Assembly: GCF_036919595.1 (NCBI RefSeq)
Contig: NZ_JBALCO010000016.1
Span: 32,028 to 96,027 of the forward strand
Length of the DNA stretch: 64,000 nt
DNA from: Nostoc sp.
GTDB lineage: Bacteria > Cyanobacteriota > Cyanobacteriia > Cyanobacteriales > Nostocaceae
Direction of reading: 5' to 3'
Within the stretch, counting starts at the first letter, position 1. Every line of letters begins with the position of its first letter. This document shows, piece by piece, positions 29,644 to 40,108 of this stretch. The translations under genes and the position numbers were made by a program. The notes under the pieces are model-generated. The model saw only the letters and a list, made by a program, of their open reading frames with translations, did not search any database and was not told the origin of the DNA.

Positions 29644-30834
29644 CTACTTGCTAGCCCTAGTGCCACTACCGACAGCAATTTTATAATCTGGACTAATTTG
29701 ATCGGCAGCAGCAGCCACCTTTGTAATCACGTTATCGGGTAGAGGAATATATCCTAGTGTAGTAGCCTGCTTTTGACCATCGGTTAAGGCGTATTCGATC
29801 GCAGCTTCAACTGCCTTAGCTTTTGCCGCATTGGGATATTTCTTGTAAGCCAAAATCCAGGTGTAAGTGACGATAGGATAGGAATCAGCCCCTTCTGGAT
29901 CGGTAATGAAGACGCGGAGATCAGGGGGTAGAGTTACTGATGCCAGAGTTTTAGAGGCTGACTCCTCACTAGCTACAATAAACTTACCGCCTTTGTTTTC
30001 CAAAGCAGCAAACTTGAGACTATTTTGTTTGGCATAGCCATACTCGACATAACCGATAGAACCTTGTGTTTGTTGAATTTGGGCAGTGACACCCTCATTC
30101 CCCTTAGCACCAACTCCCGTAGGCCAGTTGACAGTTTTGCCTTCACCAACTTTAGTCTTCCACTCCGGGCTAACAGCGCTGAGGTGTTTTGTAAACACAC
30201 CTGTTGTTCCGCTACCATCTGAACGATAAACAACTGTGATTGGCAGTTTAGGAAGCTTTGCACCTGGGTTAGCCTTGGCAATTTGGGGATCATCCCAAGA
30301 CTTGATTTTGCCTAGTAAAATATCGGCGTAAACGGCTCGTGGTAGTTTTAGTTCTGCAACATCTGGCAAGTTGTAAGCTAGCACGATGCTACCAGCAGTT
30401 ACAGGTAGTAAAATAACGCCTCTATCTGCTGGCACCTTCTGGATTTCTTCATCCTTCATGGCAACATCGCTGGCACCAAAGTCTACAGTCCCTTTGATAA
30501 ATTGCTCAACTCCAGCACCGCTACCAACTGAGGCATAGTCAACTTGCAGATTTGGATATTTTTTATTTAGATCCGTAAACCATGTATCATACAGTGGTGC
30601 TGGAAAAGACGCACCAGCCCCGCTTAATTTTATATTTCCACCCAAATCTAATTTGGTTGGGCTGGAGGCAGTAGTATCTGTAGCAGTACCAGAAGGTGTG
30701 TCCTTGGTGGCTGTATTATCTGAGTTTTGCTGTCCGCCACATGCAGCTAGGCTGATTGTCAGTGCTAACACTGAAATTGAACCTGTGAGGCGATGAATTT
30801 TCATTACACTAAGACGTGAGGGCATCGCTATCAA
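29644..30834 (-). CDS. pstS: Phosphate ABC transporter substrate-binding lipoprotein
   Basis: Lipobox LAAC, GAGASFPAPLY, GSGAG, RSDGSGTT, YPIVTYTW; true start probably a nearby ATG. Confidence 0.95.
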   Translation of the reverse strand: MIAMPSRLSVMKIHRLTGSISVLALTISLAACGGQQNSDNTATKDTPSGTATDTTASSPTKLDLGGNIKLSGAGASFPAPLYDTWFTDLNKKYPNLQVDYASVGSGAGVEQFIKGTVDFGASDVAMKDEEIQKVPADRGVILLPVTAGSIVLAYNLPDVAELKLPRAVYADILLGKIKSWDDPQIAKANPGAKLPKLPITVVYRSDGSGTTGVFTKHLSAVSPEWKTKVGEGKTVNWPTGVGAKGNEGVTAQIQQTQGSIGYVEYGYAKQNSLKFAALENKGGKFIVASEESASKTLASVTLPPDLRVFITDPEGADSYPIVTYTWILAYKKYPNAAKAKAVEAAIEYALTDGQKQATTLGYIPLPDNVITKVAAAADQISPDYKIAVGSGTRASK

Positions 30835-30885
30835 TTTGAGTAACTTTGCAGGTAAGCGCTTCTAAGGATACCCCTAAAGGATAAT

Positions 30886-30909
30886 GGTTAAGGTAAAGGT
30901 TAGGTTAAT
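30886..30909 (-). promoter_or_regulatory. Pho box (SphR/PhoB site)
   Basis: Minus strand ATTAACCT-AAC-CTTTACCT-TAACC: 11-bp-spaced repeats of the cyanobacterial CTTAACCT-type motif upstream of pstS. Confidence 0.75.
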
Positions 30910-31504
30910 AAAGCAAAAAAGTGCTTGTTTTTTTTGATGAAGAACAAGCACTCGTTTCTACTTTTGCTTGATAAAATTAATACTGCTGCTTTAGTTATCC
31001 GTTACAAAGAGTACCACAGTAATTTTGTTACAGATATTTACAAAACTCTATAAATAATGTAAATTTATTGGTCAATTCATAAAAAAATATGTAAGTGTGG
31101 TATCATTAAAAACTTCAATTTGGGAATTTATGAAATTTGTTTGTGTTTATCAGCCTAAACAAACTTAAAGTCATAACTAAACAATCTAAGTTTAGCCAGT
31201 GAACTTACTGTTTAGAGAAAGCATAAAATAATAAATTGCCTATTTTTATAGAGAGGAGGCGGGGCGATCGCTAAAAAATAGTGAATTAAGGAATTATCTT
31301 TAACACTTTGTAGCAGAATTTGGCGCTGAATCTAAAAACTTAGTTTAAATCCTAAATTTTGCTAATCTTAACACCTATTAAGTCAAATACTATAATCAGA
31401 CTACGCTTCAGTCAATAAAATTACAGCTATAGACACCTAAGCCATAATTCGCAGAACTGAAAAGTTACATACCAAAAAGGCAAAAAAAAATATGCTAATT
31501 CTTA

Positions 31505-31669
31505 GAGGATGTTTTAAAAGTCGTAGAGTATACCAAAAACCCCACTTCCATTCCTCTAACAGAAGTGGAGAGAGGCTTTTAAACCCTCATTACCTTGTAG
31601 GGAAGGACTGCTCACAGGGCTAGGTTTCTGAAAATTTGATGTTAGCAATAATACTTTTAAAACATCCTC
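31505..31669. mobile_element. 165-bp MITE, IS5/IS1031-type ends (copy 2)
   Basis: Perfect 17-bp TIR GAGGATGTTTTAAAAGT / ACTTTTAAAACATCCTC with TTA on both sides. Confidence 0.88.
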
Positions 31670-31761
31670 TTAGAAGTGTCAGTACAAATTTCATTTCAAT
31701 ACTAATGAACATATTAGTTGCTGTTGGTTTTCTCTTTTGCCTTTCCCCGGTTGTCTGATAA

Positions 31762-32349
31762 ATGTTTGCTGCTTCCAATCAATTACTATGGTCCATGATT
31801 GGCTTACTCCTGACAATGGGTAGCACCTTCCTAGAAGCTTATGGCATTACCTTACCTTGGAATTGGAGTAAGCACGGAATTCAGACTTTTTCTTTAGGTG
31901 TCACTTTTCAAATTGGCGCAGTACTGTTGGTGGGTTGTTTAGGGGGCAAAAATGCCGGTGCGCTCTCGCAAATTGCCTATTTAGTGATGGGGTTAACCTT
32001 ATTACCTGTATTTGCCGATGGAGGTGGTCTTGGTTATGTTAAGCTATCTCAGTTTGGTTATCTACTAGGTTTTATTCCTGGAGCTTGGATTTGTGGTTTC
32101 TTCGCCTTTAAAGCTAGACCTCGACTAGAAACTCTCGCCTTTAGTTGCATCTGTGGCTTATTAACTCTCCACCTATGGGGTATTACTTATTTAATTATTA
32201 GCTATATTTTTCAGTGGAAAGGTACAGAAAATCTACCATTAATGCAAGCAATCCTCAGATACTCCTGGTTTGCACTACCAGGGCAATTAAGTGTAGTCTG
32301 TGCCGTTACCGTAATAGCATATGTATTGCGTCACTTAATGTTTTATTAG
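31762..32349 (+). CDS. bioY: Biotin transporter BioY
   Basis: TFQIGAVLLVGCLGG, YLVMGLTLLPVFADGGG, FGYLLGFIPGA. Confidence 0.9.
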   Translation: MFAASNQLLWSMIGLLLTMGSTFLEAYGITLPWNWSKHGIQTFSLGVTFQIGAVLLVGCLGGKNAGALSQIAYLVMGLTLLPVFADGGGLGYVKLSQFGYLLGFIPGAWICGFFAFKARPRLETLAFSCICGLLTLHLWGITYLIISYIFQWKGTENLPLMQAILRYSWFALPGQLSVVCAVTVIAYVLRHLMFY

Positions 32350-32429
32350 TTATAAAGGGGCTAGAAATTTAAAATTTTTCTAATCCCTATACCTTACTAC
32401 TTAGTCCCTAGTCCCTAGTCCCTAGTTTC

Positions 32430-32906
32430 ATGCGTTTAAAAAATCGCCTTTTCTGGATCGCTGCCTTCATAGCTTTTTTCTTAGACCAAATAACAAAATA
32501 CTGGGTGGTGCAAACCTTTAGCTTGGGGCAGACATTACCACTTTTACCTGGGATATTTCACTTCACCTATGTCACTAACACTGGTGCCGCTTTTAGTCTG
32601 TTAAGTGGGAAAGTAGAGTGGTTGCGCTGGCTATCTTTAGGAGTGAGTTTAGTATTGATAGCCTTGGCCTTATTTAGTCCAATGTTAAATTTGTGGGATC
32701 AGTTAGGCTATGGCTTGATTTTAGGTGGAGCTATGGGCAACGGTATTGATCGCTTTGTTTTAGGCTATGTCGTTGATTTTCTGGATTTTCGCCTGATTAA
32801 CTTTGCTGTATTTAATGTGGCAGATTCATTTATTAGTATTGGTATTGTTTGCCTGTTAATTGCTTCCTTGCAAAAAACACCGACTTCAACTGGCAGGCCG
32901 CATTAA
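32430..32906 (+). CDS. lspA: Lipoprotein signal peptidase II
   Basis: LDQITK, NTGAAFS, GGAMGNGIDR, VVDFL, FNVADSFI. Confidence 0.96.
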   Translation: MRLKNRLFWIAAFIAFFLDQITKYWVVQTFSLGQTLPLLPGIFHFTYVTNTGAAFSLLSGKVEWLRWLSLGVSLVLIALALFSPMLNLWDQLGYGLILGGAMGNGIDRFVLGYVVDFLDFRLINFAVFNVADSFISIGIVCLLIASLQKTPTSTGRPH

Positions 32907-32913
32907 ACTATTA

Positions 32914-32938
32914 AGCCTGGGATGATTAATCCCAGGCT
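32914..32938. terminator. Hairpin between convergent genes
   Basis: AGCCTGGGAT-GATTA-ATCCCAGGCT perfect 10-bp stem. Confidence 0.7.
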
Positions 32939-33108
32939 ATTGATTACAGAAATCCTTGCTCAGTCCTATATGCCAAGACTTTATCTATAGGTTGCAGCAA
33001 TTATGGTTTGTCATCTTACACCAGTTCGCATAACTGGTGCAAGAGGTCAAGATGCAGCGGCGATCGCTAATGACAAACTAGTATTCAGATTATGCCCCAG
33101 ATTTTAAT

Positions 33109-33843
33109 TTAATTGCCTGTGGTAGGAGTTTTTGGCGAACTTGGAGTACTGGGAGATCCTGGTTCGGTAGTGCTGCCAGGAGTACCAGACTCAGGTGGAG
33201 TTGTTGAGCTTCCTGGTTCGGGATTGATTTCAGTAGTGCCAGACTCAGGTGAAGTTGGGTTTCCTGGTACGGTACTGCTACCAGGAGTGCTAGATCCAGG
33301 TGGGGTAATGCTTCCTGGTGCTGGAGTTAAGTTGCCAGGAGAGCCAGGTTGAGCTGGGGTAAGGGTTCCTGGTTCGGTAGGACTACCAGGAGAGCCAGGT
33401 TCAGATGGGGTAACGGTTCCTGATCCTGGAGTTAAGTTGCCAGGTTCAGATGGGGTAACGGTTCCTGATCCTGGAGTGCTTTCGGGAGTGCTAGATCCAC
33501 GTGGTGTTCTGGTTCCTGGTCTGGTTCCTGGTGCAGTTGTACTATCTGGAGTAGTAGTGGTGCTACTGGGCGTGGTTTCTGCAGGAGCTGTAGTGCTACT
33601 AGGAGCGCTACTAGGGACGACTGCTGTGCCGCCGGGACAGCGGGAATTGAGCGGAAAATACTCGCACAGAATTTTCATCCCTTCTGGCGACATCTTGATT
33701 TCCGTTGGTGCACTAGTAGAGTCGCTACTGGATTGGGCTATGGGGGATTTACTAGATTCGGCTACGGCAATATTAGTGGTGAGAGCCAAAGATAGAGCTG
33801 TACCAATCAGGCTCAGAGATTTTCCCATCATTCTAAAATTCAC
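33109..33843 (-). CDS. Secreted Pro/Gly/Ser/Thr-rich protein
   Basis: Signal peptide (NIAVA-ES), LCEYFPLNSRC motif, then a low-complexity tail with a 45-bp-period internal duplication (33395-33477). Confidence 0.75.
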   Translation of the reverse strand: MNFRMMGKSLSLIGTALSLALTTNIAVAESSKSPIAQSSSDSTSAPTEIKMSPEGMKILCEYFPLNSRCPGGTAVVPSSAPSSTTAPAETTPSSTTTTPDSTTAPGTRPGTRTPRGSSTPESTPGSGTVTPSEPGNLTPGSGTVTPSEPGSPGSPTEPGTLTPAQPGSPGNLTPAPGSITPPGSSTPGSSTVPGNPTSPESGTTEINPEPGSSTTPPESGTPGSTTEPGSPSTPSSPKTPTTGN

Positions 33844-34260
33844 CTCAACGGAACACTCGGCCCATTAAAACAGACAATAAGATTTAGAAAATCTTCCTAA
33901 ATGAAGATATTTAGGTTTGTTTCAGAATATGTGGATATGTAAAATCGGTAAAAATTAAATCTCTTGTTTTTTAATGACTAGTGTTTAAAAATACAAGATT
34001 AAAAAATATTTTTGTAGTTATTGAACTAGTAATAGTAGATAAAACAAGTCTTTTAGAATAGATAAAAAACTTCTGCCTCTGGAGATAAGTGATAAAAATA
34101 ACAAATTAATTTAAAATTAAAAGTAAAATAAAGTATAAAATAGCGCAAAAAGTTCCGTATAGCTAATTTATGCTTTGGCTTATGAGTAAAATGATGAAAG
34201 ACTAACATCTAAATTGTAATTCGCCCGATTCTTCACTAAAAAGTGTGATGTGAATAGCCG

Positions 34261-36531
34261 ATGAGTTCACCCCAACCCCCCCACAAGCCACAAACGTTAC
34301 TAGGTCAACTGACTCAAGCAGTACATACGATTCAAGCTAGGGTCGATTTTTCCAAATTGGCGCTCAAGCCTAATGCCAAGGTACCGGAACTTTGGGTGCA
34401 GGATGCGGGGGCGGATAAGGCAGAGGTATATCCACTGTTGGGCGATCGCTATATTCTAGGTCGTAGCTCTAAATCCAGCGATATCGTCATCCGTAACCCT
34501 GTTGTCAGCCAAATTCACTTATCGCTATCGCGGAATTCTACTCAGCGTACACCAGTTTTCATTATCAAAGATGAAAACTCCACCAATGGCATTTATCGTG
34601 GCAAGCGTCGTGTCAATTCCTTGGAACTACGTCACGGCGATATTTTCACACTGGGTCCTCCAGAACTTGCCGCTTCTGTGCGGTTGCAATACGTCGATCC
34701 ACCAGCCTGGTATGTCAAAGCTGCAAGTTGGACAGCTTATGGTGTCGGTGGTGTCAGTGCCCTGTTAGCGTTAGTGATTGGCGTTGAATGGCTGAAATTT
34801 TCAGTTAAACCTCTACCTACAGCTACACGCGCCCCAGTAGTTGTTTACGCTCGTGATGGAGCCACCCCGCTAAGAGAGCCTCGAACTATCTCTCACGTAG
34901 ATATAAAGCGATTAGAGGAATTTGGCCCTTATTTGCCTGCTGCGGTGGTGGCTTCAGAGGATAGTCGTTATTACTGGCACTTTGGTGTTGACCCTCTAGG
35001 GATTTTACGAGCCGTGTTGATTAATAGCCGTAGCGGAGATGTGCAACAAGGAGCCAGCACTGTTACCCAGCAAGTTGCCCGCAGTTTGTTCCGCGAGTAT
35101 GTAGGCAGACAGGATACCCTTGGACGCAAATTGCGGGAGGCAGTTGTCGCCCTGAAGTTAGAAACCTTTTATAGCAAAGATGAAATTTTGCTGATGTACT
35201 TAAATCGGGTTTTTTTGGGGGGAGATACCTCTGGCTTTGAAGATGCATCCCGGTATTACTTTGAGAAATCGGCTAAACAATTAACTTTGGCAGAAGCAGC
35301 AACATTGGTAGGAATTTTACCAGCTCCCAATGCTTTCGATTTTTGTGGGGATGGGCCAAATAAGCTACAAGCATCTGAATACCGGAATCGCGTGATTAAG
35401 CGGTTACTGGAAATGGGCAAAATTAAACCTGAAGATGCGAACCGAGCCAGACGCTCCACTGTTCAAGTTAGTCCTAAAGTTTGTGAACAGCAAGCTAAGA
35501 CGATCGCTCCTTATTTTTACAGTTACGTCTTCTCTGAACTTGAATCAATCTTGGGGGAGGGAGCCGCAAAGGAAGGGAATTATATCATTGAAACCCAGCT
35601 TGATCCAGCGATTCAGAGCAAAGCAGAATCAGCGTTGCGAAATTCAGTCAACAATGGTGGTAGAAGTTTTAATTTTTCTCAAGGAGCGCTAGTCACTCTT
35701 GACTCCAGTACTGGCAGCATTTTGGCAATGGTGGGGGGGACTGATTACAAAAAAAGTCAGTTCAATCGCGCTGTTCAAGCCAAAAGACAACCAGGTTCTA
35801 CCTTTAAAATCTTTACTTATACGGCCGCTATTCAACAGGGGATTCCAGCATCCAAGAGTTATTCTTGCGCCCCTTTAACTTGGCAAGGCTTTACTTACAA
35901 ACCCTGTCGTGCTGGTGCTGACACTAGTTTAGATATTGCCACGGGGCTTGCTCTTTCAGAAAATCCGATCGCCCTACGAGTTGCCAGAGAAATTGGGCTG
36001 AATAAAGTGGTGGGAATGGCACAGAATTTGGGAATAAAGTCAACCCTTAATCCGGTTCCTGGCTTGGTACTAGGTCAAAGTGTGGTCAATGTTTTGGAAA
36101 TGACTGGTGCTTTTGGCGCTATTGGCAATCGTGGTGTGTCGAATCCTCCCCATGCGATTAACCGAATTTTAGATAGTGGTGATTGCCGCGATCGCAATGA
36201 TATCAAAACCTGCCGTGTCATCTATTCCTTCGACCAAAATACGGATGCCAACAAACGAGTACTGCCAAATGGTGTAGCCGATGAAATGACTAGTTTGATG
36301 CGCGGCGTCATCACAAGAGGTACTGGTCGTAGTGCTGCCATTGGACTGGGGGAAGCTGGGAAAACAGGCACAACAGATAAAAACGTTGATTTATGGTTCA
36401 TCGGTTTTATCCCCAGTCGGCGGCTTGTAACTGGTGTTTGGCTGGGAAACGACAATAATTCCCCTACATCTGGTAGCAGTGCTCAAGCAGCTCAGTTATG
36501 GGGAAATTATATGCAAAGAATTACTCGGTAA
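34261..36531 (+). CDS. Class A penicillin-binding protein (PBP1A family) with N-terminal FHA domain
   Basis: FHA LGRSSKSSDI...VSQIH...DENSTNGI; TM; EDSRYY, GASTVTQQ, RKLRE; SxxK (GSTFK), SEN, KTGT. Confidence 0.92.
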   Translation: MSSPQPPHKPQTLLGQLTQAVHTIQARVDFSKLALKPNAKVPELWVQDAGADKAEVYPLLGDRYILGRSSKSSDIVIRNPVVSQIHLSLSRNSTQRTPVFIIKDENSTNGIYRGKRRVNSLELRHGDIFTLGPPELAASVRLQYVDPPAWYVKAASWTAYGVGGVSALLALVIGVEWLKFSVKPLPTATRAPVVVYARDGATPLREPRTISHVDIKRLEEFGPYLPAAVVASEDSRYYWHFGVDPLGILRAVLINSRSGDVQQGASTVTQQVARSLFREYVGRQDTLGRKLREAVVALKLETFYSKDEILLMYLNRVFLGGDTSGFEDASRYYFEKSAKQLTLAEAATLVGILPAPNAFDFCGDGPNKLQASEYRNRVIKRLLEMGKIKPEDANRARRSTVQVSPKVCEQQAKTIAPYFYSYVFSELESILGEGAAKEGNYIIETQLDPAIQSKAESALRNSVNNGGRSFNFSQGALVTLDSSTGSILAMVGGTDYKKSQFNRAVQAKRQPGSTFKIFTYTAAIQQGIPASKSYSCAPLTWQGFTYKPCRAGADTSLDIATGLALSENPIALRVAREIGLNKVVGMAQNLGIKSTLNPVPGLVLGQSVVNVLEMTGAFGAIGNRGVSNPPHAINRILDSGDCRDRNDIKTCRVIYSFDQNTDANKRVLPNGVADEMTSLMRGVITRGTGRSAAIGLGEAGKTGTTDKNVDLWFIGFIPSRRLVTGVWLGNDNNSPTSGSSAQAAQLWGNYMQRITR

Positions 36532-36597
36532 ACGGGTATGGGGCATTAGGCATTGGCAATTAGGAACTATTGATCAATAAATGATCAATGGGTTTTT

Positions 36598-36963
36598 GTG
36601 ATAAGACCTGATTTTGAGGACTTAAAAGTTTATCAACTCGCCTAAAAGCTAGCTAATGAAATTTGGCATGTTGTTAAAGGATGGGACAATTTCACTAAAG
36701 ATACACTGGGCAAGCAAATTGTTCGGTCTGCTGATAGTATTTGTGCGAACCTTGCAGAAGGTAGAGGTAGGTACAATGACCAAGACAATCGACGTTTTTT
36801 CAAGATTGCGAGAAGGTCTTTGGATGAAACTATCAGCTGGTTGAGGTTAGCCTACGCCAGACAGTTATTGATAAATGAACAGGTAAGTAGATTCAAACCA
36901 ATTCTTGATGAACTATTATCCAAGCTCAATGCTTATCTAAAATTCATAGGGAATAGGGAATAG
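36598..36963 (+). pseudogene. Four-helix-bundle (23S rRNA IVP-like) protein with premature stop
   Basis: Hand translation: (V)IRPDFEDLKVYQLA*KLANEIW...LGKQIVRSADSICANLAEGRGR...FFKIARRSLDET...; TAA at 36643-36645. Not in ORF track in this frame. Confidence 0.85.
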
Positions 36964-37021
36964 CAACTTAATTCTCTTCCCAATGCCTATGTATGCCCCA
37001 TGCCCTATGCCCTATGCCCTA

Positions 37022-38452
37022 TTACTGATATCCCTGCCAAGGTATAACTTCAAGTTTGCCGCTAGGCTTAAATATCACTTGGAAGTGGGCGAGAGGTTCT
37101 TTATTGTTGGGAGCTGCTACATTGGAACCGTAAATAGCGTTGAACATTTTCGGAAGGGGTGTTTCTCGAAAATAGTCAAAGGCAACTTGGTTGAGTGGTT
37201 CATAGTCAGCAATTACACCATCTTTGTTGACTGCTACCCGGTATTTCAAATCTCGCGTAAAGGTGGGGGTACCACTCCAGGTTTGCCGAACTGTACTATA
37301 AAGCTTTTGGTTTAAACCTTTGACTATATTAGAGTCAGTAATTCTTGCACCCACTACCTCTGGCGTCCTCGCATATCCTCGCCAAGGGCTAACTTCTAGT
37401 ACCCCTTGTGTATTAAAGACTACTCGAAATTGGGCGATTGGTTCATTGGAAATGGGAGCGCGGTTAGCTGGATTGTAAAGTACATTAGGCAGAGGAGTTT
37501 GACCTACTCCTAGATTCGCCTCTTTATTCACTGCTTTATAACCGACGATCGCTCCATCTGCTGCTACACCCAGACGATAGATCAAATCCTGTTGCAATCC
37601 TGAGCGATTAGTCCAAGCTGGATGAATTTGGTTGTACACTTGACGATTCAATGCACGCAGTTGGGATGGATCAGTAATTTCTGGAACTGTATTTAAAAGT
37701 GCTTCTAAATCTTTAACTGCCGGCTTTGCATTAGCTGTAGGCTTTGATGTGGGCGTTGCAGCAGCTATGGGAGTTACAGCAGCTGATGCTGGAGGAGTGA
37801 TATTATTTATTCTAGAGCTAGTTTGCTCATCTGGTTTAGGCTGCGGTGGACGCATTTGGGGAGGTGGAATCAAGTTAAAGGCGATCGCTGCTACTGCTAA
37901 ACTTGACACACCCACAGCAGCAGGAACAGCCTGCCTGGTCAAAGCTTGACTAGCACCGCCATAACGTCTGGTAACTGGTTGTAGTTCTAGGGAAAGTTCA
38001 GGTAAAGTTTGGGTATCAGCAAAAAACTGATCCACTGCTTCCACTAAATCAAACAACTGCACTGTATTCAAATCTATTTCAATAGGCGGACGTTTGGAAT
38101 TGTTAGAGTGATCGAACCCCTCTGGAGCACCTTCTGAATGTATAATTAACCTGTGTCGGTTGCTGTCAACTTTCTGAAACTCAACTAGCTCCGATTCCTG
38201 GTTATGTGCTTGGGGATTGGGTACACTACTTAAAAATTCTTGGGCATAGCCACTAACAGCCCTCACCAAACTTTCAAAAAATTCCCGCCCTCCCGTTAGG
38301 GGTTGATTATAACCAGATAAATAGCATTCTGCATTTACCAATATTGATAATTCTGGGCGCATTTCCTGGAAGTGGGCAGCCCTACTGAGATCACTTAACC
38401 CTTCTAAAAGCAGTGTACAATTAGGTAGACTGTACTTACGTTGAATATTCAT
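37022..38452 (-). CDS. DUF4335-family protein
   Basis: N-terminus MNIQRKYSLPNCTLLLEGL as recalled for DUF4335; central TM; duplicated C-terminal domain (..LEVSPWRGY / ..LEVIPWQGY). Confidence 0.75.
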   Translation of the reverse strand: MNIQRKYSLPNCTLLLEGLSDLSRAAHFQEMRPELSILVNAECYLSGYNQPLTGGREFFESLVRAVSGYAQEFLSSVPNPQAHNQESELVEFQKVDSNRHRLIIHSEGAPEGFDHSNNSKRPPIEIDLNTVQLFDLVEAVDQFFADTQTLPELSLELQPVTRRYGGASQALTRQAVPAAVGVSSLAVAAIAFNLIPPPQMRPPQPKPDEQTSSRINNITPPASAAVTPIAAATPTSKPTANAKPAVKDLEALLNTVPEITDPSQLRALNRQVYNQIHPAWTNRSGLQQDLIYRLGVAADGAIVGYKAVNKEANLGVGQTPLPNVLYNPANRAPISNEPIAQFRVVFNTQGVLEVSPWRGYARTPEVVGARITDSNIVKGLNQKLYSTVRQTWSGTPTFTRDLKYRVAVNKDGVIADYEPLNQVAFDYFRETPLPKMFNAIYGSNVAAPNNKEPLAHFQVIFKPSGKLEVIPWQGYQ

Positions 38453-39075
38453 TCCACTTCACCGTCAAAAAGACTAATCCAGAACCGCTGCATTCCAGCT
38501 GTACCAGTACAAAATAGTAATTGTCCTAACAAATTTATTGCTAGCTGATCTAATTTTTCATCAGAACTTAATGCCAGTACACCAGAACGTCGAGCATTCA
38601 TCCGGCTCTTAAAATGCGCTCTAAACCGTTCTAAGTAATTAGATAGGCGCAAATTCTGTTCTAATGGAATCTGCTTTTCTTCCATTTGTTGACATATCAT
38701 TAATAACTGGCGGATGACAACAGTTAAACGCCGCGCTATGTAACAAGCAATGACCACTAGAGCTTTTGCTTCCATGATAGTTAAAGGACGGCGCATATGC
38801 GCTCTACGTAGCGGGTTAGAGCTACGCATCCGCCATAAATTCACCCTGTCTTTAACAATTCCTTTAAGATCCAACTCTTGAGCAAAAGTTAGGATTGCTT
38901 CAGAACCACCAAGCTCTAAAGCTTCAATTGCCAATAAAATTAGGTCAATTTGCAACCGCGTTCTCCGAGGACACGTCTTGGAAGCGATCGCAGGATCTGG
39001 TAAAGTGTCCAGAATCATCGGCAGTGATTCTTGGGTTGAACTGTTGAACGGCGTTAAACTTGCTGAGACATTCAT
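38449..39075 (-). CDS. DUF3038-family protein
   Basis: IDLILLAIEALELGGSEA, RVNLWRMRSSNPLRR, LLFCTGTAGMQRFWISLFDG; 4-bp overlap with the next gene. Confidence 0.8.
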   Translation of the reverse strand: MNVSASLTPFNSSTQESLPMILDTLPDPAIASKTCPRRTRLQIDLILLAIEALELGGSEAILTFAQELDLKGIVKDRVNLWRMRSSNPLRRAHMRRPLTIMEAKALVVIACYIARRLTVVIRQLLMICQQMEEKQIPLEQNLRLSNYLERFRAHFKSRMNARRSGVLALSSDEKLDQLAINLLGQLLFCTGTAGMQRFWISLFDGEVE

Positions 39076-39557
39076 TCTATAAATACCTTGTGCGGTTCCA
39101 ACAGACTAGGTAAAACAAATTTAAAATCGGTAGCCAAGACTTGAGCATTAGACTTGTAGTAGTATGACTAGCTGATATATACATTACTTAACTCTTTCTA
39201 CTCAAAGTTTTCCCTATATTGAAATCAAAGTTTTAAAACATAAGTTAATTCACCTCATTTATCAGTGCTATACCTTTTCTAGCTTGGTTTAGATTCTAAT
39301 TATCGTCAATCAAAGGCGAAGCTTCAGCCTCGACCCCCAGCGTATGACATTATAGTGTACGATTTTTCAGGTATCTGAAATTGGGCATTGGAAAGTCACT
39401 GCGTTGCCGAAGTTCCTCCGGTTAAAGCAAGTGGCCTCATTGGGCATTTGTCAATAATCAATAGTTCTTTCTTCCTCTGCAAAGCCAGCTCCTTCACTCC
39501 TCCATTCTCCACTCTCCATGCTCCATGCCCCATGTCCCATTCCCCAATCCCTATTTT

Positions 39558-40076
39558 ATGGATTTGAAGTCTCTCGTTCGTGACATCCCAGATTTCCCCA
39601 AGCCCGGAATTTTATTTCGGGATATTACTACGCTACTGCGCGATCCAGAGGGGCTGCGCTTTACTATTGACTTTTTAACACAAAAATGCTATGAGGCTGG
39701 TATCAAGACGGATTATGTCATTGGCATGGAGTCGAGAGGATTCATTTTTGGCTCACCTCTGGCTTATAAATTAGGAGCTGGTTTTATTCCTGTCCGCAAA
39801 AAAGGTAAGTTACCAGCAGCAGTTCATTCAATTGAATATCAACTAGAGTATGGTACAGACTGCCTGGAAGTGCATCAAGACGCTTTACACCAAGGTAGCC
39901 GAGTTTTGATTGTGGACGATTTGATTGCCACGGGTGGAACTGCGAGTGCAACAGCAAAGTTAGTACAGAAAATTGGCTGCGAACTAGTAGGGTTTGGGTT
40001 TATTATCGAGCTACGGGATTTAGAAGGGCGTAAATATTTGCCAGACGTACCAATTATCTCTCTAATTGAATATTAG
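39558..40076 (+). CDS. apt: Adenine phosphoribosyltransferase
   Basis: [43 protein letters not shown]; ATG 39558 (track start 39525 lies in an STRR repeat). Confidence 0.96.
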   Translation: MDLKSLVRDIPDFPKPGILFRDITTLLRDPEGLRFTIDFLTQKCYEAGIKTDYVIGMESRGFIFGSPLAYKLGAGFIPVRKKGKLPAAVHSIEYQLEYGTDCLEVHQDALHQGSRVLIVDDLIATGGTASATAKLVQKIGCELVGFGFIIELRDLEGRKYLPDVPIISLIEY

Positions 40077-40108
40077 TCATTGGTCATTAGATAAAGCACA
40101 AAGGACAA

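Noticed and set aside
30995-31035. NtcA-like GTN-N8-TAC sites upstream of pstS
   Set aside because: Only imperfect matches (GTT-N8-TAC, GTA-N7-TAC) in AT-rich DNA; expected by chance.
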